DNA of 64,000 nt from Octopus bimaculoides (lineage: Eukaryota). The position numbers and the translations under genes were made by a program. Position 1 is the first letter of the stretch. Each line of letters begins with the position of its first letter. The notes beneath the pieces were generated by a model, which saw nothing but the letters and a program-made list of their open reading frames with translations, was not told the origin of the DNA and ran no database searches. Positions 52,358 to 64,000 of the stretch are shown here, one piece after another. The DNA lies in NCBI RefSeq assembly GCF_001194135.2, contig NC_068988.1, positions 44,179,409 through 44,243,408 on the forward strand, given 5' to 3'.

Positions 52358-52574
52358 TGAAGGGGTACTTAAAAGTTCCAGGCTTTTAGGGTATCGCAAA
52401 AGGCCTGGTCAGAGGCTCAACCTTCTGAGTTCTTTTACGGGGCTTAGAAAAACTGAAGGACTGCTACAGTAAGTGTGTGAATCTGAGAGGGGAATACATT
52501 GGATAAAATCATAATTAACTGATCCTCCTGCATTTTCTTTTACCCAAAGCCCAGAACTTTTTAACTCCACCTCA
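52358..52574 (+). mobile_element. mariner-derived non-autonomous element
   Basis: TA|tgaaggggtacttaaaagttccaggcttt ... aaagcccagaactttttaactccacctca|TA. Internal LEKLKDCYSKCVNLRGEYIG* is a mariner transposase C-terminus. Confidence 0.85.
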
Positions 52575-53489
52575 TAGTAGAAAGAACATTAAGTAGGTCA
52601 AGATGCATTCACACCATGGATCACTCATGTGGTAAGAAGCCTGGTTCCAGGCTCAGTCCTATTGTGTGTCACCTTGGGCAAATATCTTCTACTATAGCCT
52701 CAGGCCAACCAAAGCCTTGTGAGTGAACTTGATAGTAGGAAACTGAAAGAAGCCTGTTATATATATGTGTGTGTGTGTGAGTGTCTGTGTTTGACCTCAC
52801 CAGTTGTCAACTAGTGATGGTTTGTTTACTCCCCACAACTTATGAGTTTGGCAAAGAGACTGATAGAATAAGTACCAAGCTATAGTAGAAGACGCTTGCC
52901 TAAGGTGCCATGCAGTGCGATTGATCCCAAAAGCATGTAGCTGGGAAGCAAATTTTGTAACCACACAGTCACACCTGTGCCTCACAACCACACCTATATC
53001 TAACAGTCACACCTTTGTTCATGTATATTGTATGTAGAGGAAACTTATTATTAATGAAAACTTTAAGGAGGGTGTAGATATATTAACATTTAGGTCATTT
53101 GTGTTAATGACTTGGTCCAGTCTGTGTCTCGTTCGTTTTCATGTAGAAATTACTTATAGATTTATCAACATGTTAATTGAGATTACTTATTATTAACTAA
53201 GAGATATCACTTTAGTTATCTTGGTAGTTGGATTTTTGGCAACCAAAACAAGGAAAGAATTTATAACAGAATGGAATTTTTACTAGTAGTATTGTATGAG
53301 ATTATTGCCAGAGAAGGCTACATTCAAGTATAAAAATGAAAGCTTTGGAAATTAAGCTTAAAAGGTTAATGCTTAAATTTAAAAAAATATAACATTGACT
53401 TCTAGTTTGTTATTACATTCTTTAAACCTCGTCTGGAGCTATGGTTTTGAGAAATACATCATATCTGTATGATATTCTATAAAACTTGT

Positions 53490-53680
53490 GTGAAGCTTAC
53501 AGTGGAGTACTGCTTGGATGTATTTTGGATGTTGCTGCTGTTACACATACAAACATCCTGGACTACATCCAGAAAAGGGTTACTAAACTTACTGGAATTC
53601 AATCATTAAGAGACATGCTCTATCCTCTGACCCACAGGCAAGCCATCACCTCTCTCTGTCCTTTCTATCACTTTCTGTAA
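53490..53680 (+). mobile_element. CR1/L2-group LINE post-RT fragment
   Basis: VKLTVEYC / AAVTHTNILDYIQKRVTKLTG...LYPLTHRQAITSLCPFYHF fits the MEYCS...LDRIQKRA...PLxHRR..SLCLFY pattern. Confidence 0.7.
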
Positions 53681-54016
53681 CAGCCCGAAAGGATGAAAGG
53701 CAAAGTTGACCTCGGCGGAATTTGAACTCAGAATGTAAAGACAGACGAAATATCAATAAGCATTTTGCCCGGCGTGCTAACGTTTCTTATTTCTTTACTG
53801 CCCACAAGGGGCTAAACATAGAGGAGACAAACAAGGACAGACAAACAGATTAAGTCAATTACATCAACCTCAGTGCGTAACTGGTACTTGTTTAATCGAA
53901 ACTGAAAGGATGAAAGGCAAAGTCGACCTTGGTGGAATTTGAACTCAGTACATAACGGCAGACGAAATACCGCTATGCATTTCGCCCGGTGTGCTAACAT
54001 TTCTGCCAGCTCGCCA
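53680..54016 (-). mobile_element. Two SINE family B copies; a full copy (about 53787-54016) abuts the head of a truncated one
   Basis: gaaaggatgaaaggcaaag...gtgctaac(g/a)tttct occurs twice; only one terminal gccagctcgcc head end is present. Confidence 0.85.
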
Positions 54017-54436
54017 CCTTAGCTATATATTTGTAGTCTCACTTATCATGCACATATCACAATCTGTACTCATCCACCATAGGTTCATTCATTCATACAT
54101 TTCAGATCTGTTTTTTTTGTATGCTGGAATAAGTTAGATGAGTACATATCACTGAGGTATTGTTTTTATTGTTGGATGCCTTTTCTATTGCTAACGTTTA
54201 GCTATTTTTCAAGTAAAGGAGTTTTTGTTCCACTTATCTTTGAAAATGCAGAGCTGCCAGACAAATTTGTTGATGAAAAAATGATCGCAGATAACACTAT
54301 CTGTAAATTGGTGATTTTTTTTTTTTTTTGATGTGAACACAGAATGTAAGCATTCACTCACTCAAATACACATATACATAGGTTTTTTCTGTCTACCATG
54401 TACACACACACACACACACACACGCACTCATATATA

Positions 54437-54685
54437 TGTACTCAAAAGAAACCGGAATTTTGCAATGTTATTTTATTCACTTAGTTTTACATGTTTACAC
54501 TTTTATTGTCTTCAAAGTATTCTCCCCTTGAAGCAATGCATCGGTCCAGGTGCATTTTCCACTATTCGAAGTAGTGTTGGAACTCTTGCGAAGTGATGCC
54601 TTTTAATGCCTCCATCGTTTTTATCTTCACCTCTTCCACACCTGCAAATTCTGTAGCACCAGCTTTCTTCGCCAGTGATTACCTC
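54437..54685 (-). mobile_element. mariner 3' part, internally deleted
   Basis: EVITGEESWCY joined directly to FAGVEEVKIKTMEALKGITSQEFQHYFE*WKMHLDRCIASRGEYFEDNK. TIR gtactcaaaagaaaccggaa. Confidence 0.85.
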
Positions 54686-55409
54686 NNNNNNNNNNNNNNN
54701 NNNNNNNNNNNNNNNNNNNNNNNNNNNNNNNNNNNNNNNNNNNNNNNNNNNNNNNNNNNNNNNNNNNNNNNNNNNNNNNNNNNNNNNNNNNNNNNNNNNN
54801 NNNNNNNNNNNNNNNNNNNNNNNNNNNNNNNNNNNNNNNNNNNNNNNNNNNNNNNNNNNNNNNNNNNNNNNNNNNNNNNNNNNNNNNNNNNNNNNNNNNN
54901 NNNNNNNNNNNNNNNNNNNNNNNNNNNNNNNNNNNNNNNNNNNTTTCTTTGTTCTGTCAAAAGTGATTAATCATATCCCTTTAACCTTCGACCTAAGGCC
55001 ATGTCAGGTGGAATTCAAATGGACGGGAGCTGACCTATTTAGGTACAAACTATGCTGCAGTATGTCTGTCCTTCTAGCTGCCACAATTCTTATAAATTCA
55101 GTGGTCAACAAGACAAGCCAAACAAGGAACGTCTAGCCACAACAACTTTTCTCAGAGACCAGAGCAATGTCCGAAGTTCCAAAGTAGGCTACTGTATCAG
55201 ATGAACTATGTACACACACACACACACACACACACACGCAAACATATATTCAATTTCTGATATATCATTTTCACAGATGTACCCTGTTTCTATTTCTAGC
55301 AACTCGTAGCAGTTGTCAACATTTTGCATGAAGTGAAGAATTATGTGTACTAATGATAAATTAAGTCCATTGAATAAATTCTTTTTGCATCTGTTTACCA
55401 TGATACACA

Positions 55410-55753
55410 TTTAACCACTACAACCACTTGTAAACTTGTGTTTTGCACATAGCAGCGTCCTTGTAAGCTGTCTGAAGCATGATAACTGTTTCGGCTGCCG
55501 TTTTCCCCAGCAGAAAACAGATTTTCAGGGAAGCATGCTGTTCCTTTGTTTCAGCTGTCACAAAAATTGATGAACCTGAGAGAAACACTGCAAAACATAG
55601 ACACACCATGTGGCAGTACAACCACAGTGGATGCTGCTGGTCAGCAGACTGATGCCTGAGGGTTGCATCAAGTGGCTTCTAGCAGTGGAAGCCTGAACTA
55701 CAATAGGCTTGTCCCACAGAGAACGCTTCCAGTTACTTTTGTGTACATCCTCA
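55410..55753 (-). mobile_element. mariner 5' part
   Basis: KEQHASLKICFLLGKTAAETVIMLQTAYKDAAMCKTQVYKW is the mariner N-terminal HTH. TA|tgaggatgtacacaaaagtaactggaa matches the TIR at 54437 at 16/20. Confidence 0.85.
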
Positions 55754-58221
55754 TATGTATGTATATATATATATATATACACACACTCACACATATATAC
55801 ATATCATCATCATCATCATCATCATTTAGCATTCACTTTCCATGCTGGCTTGGGTTGGATGGTTTGAGTGAGGACTGACAAACCAGGAGGCTGCACCAGG
55901 CTCCAGTCTAATCTGGCAAGGTTTCTACAACTGGATGCCCTTCCTATATACATATATATATATATATATATAAACATAAACATGTACATATATGTATTAC
56001 CAATGTCACATACTTAATGTATGTGTTTTATTTATACACTTGTTAGCTGTGGAATTTGTCCAGGGTAAGTCCCTTTAAGATGTGTTAAAAAACCCTGACT
56101 ACCCCAAACCAGAGGAAACAGATTGCTCCATATGTGAATGAGAATGGTGGATATTGATATTTTCCTGTTATTTCAGCTCCTCAGCACTGTACACTCCAGT
56201 CATCGCAAATGAATTTGAATTGCTGGTTTGATCTATTTATTCAGATTGTATGAAATCTACCCACTGAGGCACAACACCAATGTATAAGTAAAACAAAACT
56301 TTTTTAACACACTATGTCTTTAAGGAACTGTTCCCTGGATGAATGCCGCAGCTAATAAATGTATAAACAAAATACATACGTTATGTAACGTCACTAATGT
56401 TTACATTATTAGAGCCTCTTCTAATTCGAGATTTAACATGTGTGTGTGTGTGTGTGTGTGTTATAAGCTTTGTACAAGTTCTGTCTACCAAATTCACTCA
56501 TAAGCATTATTTGGTTCAAGGTTATGATATAAAGCACTTCCCCAAGGTACTGGATTAGGACCGAACTTAAAATCATATAGCTGTGAAGTAAAATTCTAAA
56601 GCAATCATTGTTCCCAGCATCATATTGTATATAATATTGGATATTCTTTCGCTAGATGGTGCTAGAACAGTGTTTCCAAACCTTTCTTTTTTTACTTGGA
56701 GAAGCTTTGAAATGCATTTCATATTGTAGAATACTCCAACATTAAAGTTATTATACATACTTATTAATCTTTTTTTTCTTTTTCATAAAGTTAAATTTCA
56801 CCAGAGATTAAACAAATGATAAATTTGCCTTTGAAATGTTTGTTAGAACTAAATATATTAGAAATCATGAACAAATCTATGAAAATTAGTTTGAAGTCAG
56901 ACTGTGTTTAGACTAAATTCACCTACAATTTTCTGTTAAGTGCTCAACTTCCTGTAAAATCACTGTTCAATATTAACCCTGAGACTACTACTGTTTATAT
57001 ATTGCTGTCTTCCTGATTTAAAGTGATCCAAATAAAAATCCTCTATTGTAGCTATAGTTTATGAAGCAGAGGTGGTGTTATTCAACAACAGCGAGAGAAA
57101 GAGACACACACACAGAGAAATTTATTGAGGCAGTGGAGAGTTCATTTAAGTCCAAGCTAAATAACCACAGATCCTCTTTTAGCATCAAAGAGAGGTACAA
57201 TATTACATTATCCTGCTATATATGGTGATTAAAAGTAAAAGGAATACCATACATATCAACTGCTGGAACATCCTGGGGCATATCTGTATGTAAGTAGATA
57301 TTGCAAGATGTGCTTCACTGAGAGGAGAATCATTCCTAAAAATCTCACACAAAGTGCCTTCAAAAACTCACAAGGCAAGATGTTTCATTGCTGCCCTCAT
57401 GAAAGGAGATTCATTTTGGCAGTGTGGTTGTCCCATTTTTGAACTGGTGGATGAAAAATGTGTACACTTGCACAGCTGACATCAAATACACACAGCATAC
57501 TTCAATACTGTTTCCATCTACTAAATTCACAAAAGGCTATTGTCGAAGATGCTTTATAAACTGATGGGTATGATGATGATGATGTGTGTGTGTATGTGTG
57601 TGTGTATATGCCTATATACATACATTCTCCTCTCATATTTTTAATGTCATATAATAAAATATTCTACCAAGTTATATGTATTTATTTATGCTATATTATG
57701 ATCATTTTGGGTGCTTGACCTCATCCATCACTCATTTTAACAGCGTCTCCTAATCTGGCCACAAACATTTCAGTCAAGTTTCCTGTCTGAGGACAATTTT
57801 ATCTCAGAAAACACAGACCCCTAAAAGGGTCATGAGCACTGCTTTTTTTCCTCTTCTGACTAACCATTTAAAAAATAATAAAAAAAAAAAGAAACTGCTT
57901 ATTCACATGCCAGCATCTTTCATTTAATTATAATTAGTTCTTGTCAGGTAAATACGAAATGATATTTTTGGGGGTCAGACTATGAAAAAGATTTTATATG
58001 CAAAAGAGAAGTGTCAATTGTTTCAACTGATCATAAAGTAAAGAGCTTATGATAAAATACATTGCAAATACATGCCTATGTGGTAAGAAGGTTACTTCTA
58101 AACAACATGGTTCTGGGTTCAGTCCCACCGCTTGGCATCCTAGGCAGATGTCTTCTGCTATAGCCTCAGGGCTGACCAAAGCCTTGTGATTTGGTAGACA
58201 GAAACTGAAGGAGGCCCATTG

Positions 58222-58300
<79 letters not shown>

Positions 58301-58600
58301 GTCTATATCTATGTGTGTGTGTCTTTGTATCTGTGTTTGTCACCCCATTATTGCTTGGTGAGTGTTGGTGTGTTTACATCTCTTGTAACCTAACAGTTTG
58401 GTAAAAGTGACCTATAGAATAATTATTAGACTTAAAAAAATAAGTCCTGGATGTCAGTTTGTTCAACTAAAACCTTTCAAGGTGGTGCTCCAGTATGGTT
58501 GCAGTCAAATGACTGAAACAAGTAAAAGAATAAAAAATAGAGAATATGTAATGAGATCAACATACTTTATTTAATCTATTCAGTTCAGTGTTTATTCTTT

Positions 58601-58972
58601 ACATGTAAGCGAAATCGTGATGGCACTTGTGCCCAGCGTCACCTTCCTGGCACTTGTGCCGGTGGCACGTGTAAAGACATTCGAGCGAGATCGTTGCCAG
58701 TGCTGCTGGACTGGCTCCTGTGCAGGTGGCACGTAAAATACACCATTTCGAGCATGGCCGTTGCCAGTACCGCCTGACTGGCCTTCGTGCTGGTGGCACA
58801 TAAAAGCACCCACTACACTCTCAGAGTGGTTGGCATTAGGAAGGGCATCCAGCTGTAGAAACTCTGCCAAATCAGATTGGAGCCTGGTGTAGCCATCTGG
58901 TTCACCAGTCCTCAGTCAAATCATCCAACACATGCTAGCATGGAAAGCGGACGTTAAACGATGATGATGATG
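58601..58972 (+). mobile_element. Family C repeat, young copy
   Basis: gtgccggtggcacgt internal repeats, ending catggaaagcggacgttaaacgatgatgatg. Confidence 0.85.
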
Positions 58973-59385
58973 TGGGTTACTAAGATTGCGAGCTGACAAA
59001 ATTGTTAGCAAGCTGGTTGAAATGCTTCTCAGCATTTCATCTATCTTCACAGTCTGAATTTAAATACCGGTAAGGTTGACTTTGTCTTTCATCTTTTTGG
59101 AGCTGATGATAAAATAAGTACCAGTTGAATTCTGGGGTCGATGTAATTGACTTAACCCCCCCCCCCCCCNNNNNNNNNNCTTAACCCCCCCCCCCACCGG
59201 AATTGCTGGCGTTGTGCCAAAATTTGAAGTCAATGTATATGTGGGTCACTTCTTTTAATTTTCTCCAACACGACACCACCAACAAAAACGAGAACACCAC
59301 CACCAACATCACCAACCCCATTGCAGTGTTGTCATTCTCCCCCGCATCATCATCATCGTCGTCGTCATCGCCATCATCATCATCG

Positions 59386-59421
<36 letters not shown>

Positions 59422-59447
59422 CCATCATCCATACTCTATACCAGTGG

Positions 59448-59640
59448 TTCTCAACCATTTTTACGTCTATGGATCCCTTTGATTCCTTCTTTATTCAGGT
59501 GGACCCTCAAAGCCATTCAATATTTACAAAGCTCTATTATATTTTTATAACTAAATATTATTAGGAACTGAATAAAAAATGGTTAAAATATCCGTGTATT
59601 GATTGAAGAAATATAACCAATTTATTGCAGATGAGATTGA
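59448..59640. mobile_element. hAT-type MITE fragment
   Basis: Begins cagtggttctcaacc; homologous to 3103-3352. Confidence 0.6.
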
Positions 59641-60585
59641 AGAACAAAATCTAATATGAACGCCCAGTACAGTCATAACACAGTCAATGAGTCTACGATA
59701 GAAGCGTCTACATCACCACACGATTTACCAGAGACAACTGTCAAATCTTCCTCAAATTCACACAGTATCATCTTAAAAAAGAAATGACATTATATAGTTA
59801 TAGGTACTCCTAAAAAAATAAAGTGGTTTATGGCTGAAATTACATATAGTTTGATGAAGATTGACCCAAGACAAAGCGACAACAATCGTCGTTGTCGGAG
59901 TCGTCATCATCATCACGATCATCTCCTATTTTAATGTCTGTACTTCCATGCTGTGATGGAGTGAGCAAACGTTTCAGTAAGGTTCTGCCGCTTTCCCACA
60001 TGCAAGGCCCAATATCCGCATAATCAATGGAACAGTTGCTTCCCTTTGTTATATTTAAAAAAAAAAAATACAATTGGTTGTCAGATAAATTTGTTCGTTC
60101 TCCTTTCTCACCGCTTTACTTTAATCCTTTCCAACGGCATTTGTATTAACCCGAAAAATAATTTTATCATAGTGTTTTATGTGGGTTTTTTTTGTAGCCC
60201 TATTTTTCCTTTACACGTTTTGTTTATCGTTTCTGAAATTTGAATAATTTTTTTTTCCTTCTGACATGACAATGAAGTGCGAAGTCGAAAAAGCAAAACA
60301 AAATAAAAACAAACGGATTTCTCTGACAACCTAATATTTATGGCCCAGCCAGTTTCATATAATCTCAGTGGACTTCATAGGTTTTGTTTTGCTTTTTGGG
60401 AGAGTAACCTGTTATTTAACTTCAGTCGACTTAGTCCATGAGGAAAAAGTATTCTAATTGTAATCATTCCTTCTTTTCCCAGGTGCAGGAAATCCAGGAA
60501 TTTGCTCATCTCATTCATTCTTTATATAGCTATGTGACTATGTGCTTATGTATGTATGTATGTATGTATGTATGTATGTATGTAT

Positions 60586-61625
60586 TCTCTTCTATTTTTT
60601 CATTATCATAAATCTTCCACTGAGGAGGGAGCCGGTTTCCAACAAAGAGACAAGGCTCCATCTTTGGGATGTAGTTAACACAGACAAATTCACATTTGGA
60701 ACTTGAAAAAAGCCTTGCGTATTTTCACTGTTTCACTCACAGATTGTACTTGTAATGTATGAATCAGCCAGTCAATTTCTCTTTCTGAAAATCCCAGTTT
60801 ATCCAGATTTTACCTTAGGCATTTATTAACAAAACCTAGTACTTCAATTATTATTGGTATAAATATGAATTCATAGTCTAGATATAGAAGCTGAAGGTTT
60901 TGCAGTAGTTGTCCATAGATATCCTCTTTTTCTTTGATTTTCAAAGAGATACTTATATCTGCAGGGCAGTTGACTTCTATGATGGTACATACCTTTGCCC
61001 CTCTATCCCAAATAACAATATCCAGCCTGTTATGTTTACATTTGACAGACGTTTTGATAGGAATATTCCACCAGTATTTCTTGAGTTGGTGTTTATGAAT
61101 GTATTCCATAACAGAGAGATTTTCTAAGTTTATTTCAGGGCAGTCTTTTTTGTGGATGGTATTGTAAATTGTTTTAGCAACGACATTGTGCTGCATAGGG
61201 AGGTAGAACCGTGATGACAGTTTTAGACAGCTGCTAATCACATGTGTGATACCTTCCACAGAAACATGACATAGCTTTCACATGCAGTTGCACCTTTGGA
61301 TTACAAGAGCGTCACTGTCTCTCTTGTTCACCAGGTACTTTGTGGTAATCTCCTGTTCCTGGATTGTAAACGAATAGCCTTCAAAGTGTGATGTGATGTA
61401 ATGGTCTTGTGTCCAAAAGAGGCTGTGTTTTGTGTCAATTCTACTGTCTTCTTCAAGCTTCTGGGCAACATACCTATGCATGGTCTTTTTTTTATATGCT
61501 GCGTGCTTTCCATCCAGGTCTTTTCTGAGGTAAGAAAGCCCAGCTGTTTTGGGGCTTTATAGGAAATCATCAGGAAGAGAGTGTTTCTTGAGGAGTTCAC
61601 TACCAACACATACAATGTTGTTCAC
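60586..61625 (-). mobile_element. 5'-truncated R4/Dong-type non-LTR retrotransposon (zinc knuckle plus restriction-like endonuclease), pseudogenised
   Basis: IDTKHSLFW...EGYSFTIQEQEITTKY; (C)KLCHVSVEGITHVISSC; HNVVAKTI; WWNIPIKT...KHNRLDIVIWD...IIEVNCPAD...KEKEDIYGQL...IPIIIEVLG; LQVQSVSETVKI. The 3' UTR ends in (CATA)n. Confidence 0.9.
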
Positions 61626-63399
61626 GTATGTATGTATGTATGTATGCAGGCATGCATGTATGTATATATGTATGTCTCTAGGCATGTATGTATTTATGTA
61701 TGTATGTATGCATGCCTGTATATATGAATATATCTATGTATGTATGTCTTTGTATATATATGTGCATGCATGTGTAAGTTTATAAGTATATGCATGTGTG
61801 TATATGCATGTGTGTGAATGTGTGTGTGCATTGGTGTATGTATGTATGTATGTATGAAGAAAATATGCAGAATATTGCAGGTAGCTTTTAAATAAATTAC
61901 TTGGAATAGATACATACATTCTGATGCTACAGTCTCTACCAAAGCCAAGTGCATAACATCCCAAGTCAAAGAAGGATCCTGTACATACCTACTTGCCTTT
62001 CTAGAAATAGCAACCAAATTTCTCTTAAATTACATACATCCTTCATTTAAAAAGGGGAAAGATACATTAGATAATGTAGTTCTTTATACAACTAAAAACA
62101 TGAGATGATCTCATCGTAATGCTTCTTAATTCTTGATCAAAGTTGACCTGGTGTTAAACTCCAACTACATAGCATCTTAATTTTCCTTCCTGTAAATCTG
62201 TGAACTCATTGATTCAGAATTATTTTTAACATATGTACAATTAAGCAACTGTTTTAGGAGAAAGACTGTAAGTTAAATTGATCTCACTACACCGTTGTTA
62301 TTTCATTTTATTAATTCTGAAACAATTATGCAGTCACACATGTTACCAAGCTCTACCTGGCTGTACTTACCAAGCCCTCCAGGGTTGGCTGTACTTGAAA
62401 TCTTCTGTCATAAATTCAACGAAAATAAATTTTGGTACTAAACTGACCATTGGGATGTTTATGTGTGCATTTATACCGAAGTTCAGGTCATTTAGTCACA
62501 AGCCTAACGAAAAAATTGTTTCACACATTTTCAAAACTTATGAAAGGTATATTATGTATTAACTTTTGTGCTGCATTTAGAGTGCTGTTTGTAGTATTAT
62601 CTCTTGAAAAGTATACTTTTCTGGAGAAAATATGAGCACTAAATCAAGTTGCATGGAGCTTAGCACTTCACCATTTAAAAATCCTAACAGGGCAATTCAC
62701 TCAATATAGGTTGCTTCCCTTTAAAAGTTATGTCCCTTGCATACGTTTTTTTTTTCATTGTTGTTTGTCTTTAGACAATGATTTTCCAGATTAAAGAGTA
62801 AATCATTTACTCTTTATTAATGTGTTACGATTATATTTCTAAGTATCATAAAATATGCACCTCAGTTTTTATTCGAAAGATAAGTCTATTTCTGTACCTT
62901 AACCAAACGATCAAAATTAGCAATTAAATCTCCCTCAAATCACACATTACAGTCTTAAAATAAGTTCACACTGGATAATGAAGATGTATTAATTCCAGAA
63001 AAAAAAAAGAAAACTACCGGAATGAATTTGATCCAAATGTCTACTCCATCACGGTTGAATTAGGACTGAAAAACAACAAAAACAGCTGCAGTAGTAGACC
63101 ATCTCTCCAGTGAAGCACGCAACTTTGTACTAAAAGAACCGAGTGTGGAATTCAATTTTGATTTCTGAATGAAAATAATTCTTTTTAACTACTTCATTTA
63201 CGGATGCAAAGTTACACTTCCCTTCTCCACACACTACAATGGTATCTGTAAGGTTAAGTCAAAGTAAAAGATTTTTTATGACAATATGCAGAGACAAAAA
63301 TACAGACTTTTACTATTTCCTTATTCAATTAACGCTTAAAATGAATAGTTTCTATTATACACAAACTTTCCTAGAATGCACGTTTACTTCCACTAACTC

Positions 63400-63830
63400 A
63401 AGCGACAGGTTTTAAGTCAGGCGGTGTATAATTACGTCGACCGATTTAAAACATGTACATTGCGTGCGTAAATTTACGTCAACCGTTTTAAAAGGGTTAG
63501 ACATCTTTGTTTATACTTTTAGAAAAATGAATGTTACCTTAATATTTTCAACACTATTTCTACAGATATATAAAGTAAAACTATTTTCCCAAATTATAAG
63601 CTCGTAGCGAAGGCCTTAAGGGATACTTCTCTCTCTCTGTTATATATACATTGATACGGACGTAGTGGATAACAGCTAGCCTTCGGCCGTACTTTTAGTA
63701 CAAAAAGCGGAAGAGGAGTCGTACCAGCTTGTTTAGCCAAAAATCGGGGCAAGGCACAACGGACAGGCGGTAGGTGATTACAGATGTACAAAATGTATGA
63801 GTTCTTTTTAAAAATTTTTTACGATGTTTT
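63400..63830. promoter_or_regulatory. CpG-rich promoter-like island
   Basis: Dense CpG; ETS-like CGGAAG; duplicated TTACGTC(G/A)ACCG(A/T)TTTAAAA; candidate donors on both strands. No coding evidence. Confidence 0.4.
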
Positions 63831-63904
63831 TATAAAATTTAAAAAACGATGACTTTGAATATTCAGACATACATATGCATGCATACCCACACACATCTAT
63901 ATAA

Positions 63905-63937
<33 letters not shown>

Positions 63938-63942
63938 TACAT

Positions 63943-63981
<39 letters not shown>

Positions 63982-64000
63982 CATACCCATACATACACCT

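Noticed and set aside
3614-63990. Most supplied ORFs (THTHTH, CVCVCV, IYIYIY, LSLSLS, poly-M/D/H/S, X-runs)
   Set aside because: They are translations of microsatellites, SINEs or N-gaps with no protein-family signal.

Overview
AT-rich, microsatellite-dense animal genomic DNA from a draft assembly with 8 N-gaps. The SINE families and repeat landscape suggest an octopod cephalopod; this is inference, not a database match. One protein-coding gene is well supported: the 5' end of a DOCK6/7/8-class (DOCK-C, Zir-like) GTPase GEF on the minus strand. Its three coding exons (46698-46655, 4177-4087, 1226-1048) splice in frame through GT-AG sites to MASTGQRAFAHMLNK-QGAAEVRKQI...-LPPGELITPVEFEDF...DPFRDLLQFPEDDIE...RTL. 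Intron 1 is 42.5 kb. The rest is mostly mobile DNA: several SINE families, RTE and CR1/L2-type LINE fragments, Tc1 and mariner remnants, and piggyBac-, hAT- and pogo-type MITEs. Two retroelements stand out. (1) A Penelope-like GIY-YIG fragment whose 3' region folds into a type I minimal hammerhead ribozyme (10573-10646, minus). (2) A 5'-truncated R4/Dong-type RLE retrotransposon flanked on both sides by (TATG)n, suggesting microsatellite targeting. Several foldbacks, CpG-retaining promoter-like zones and orphan splice signals are flagged at lower confidence. Most ORFs in the supplied track are microsatellite or SINE read-through. Exon, hairpin and ribozyme coordinates were counted by hand; most repeat boundaries are approximate.
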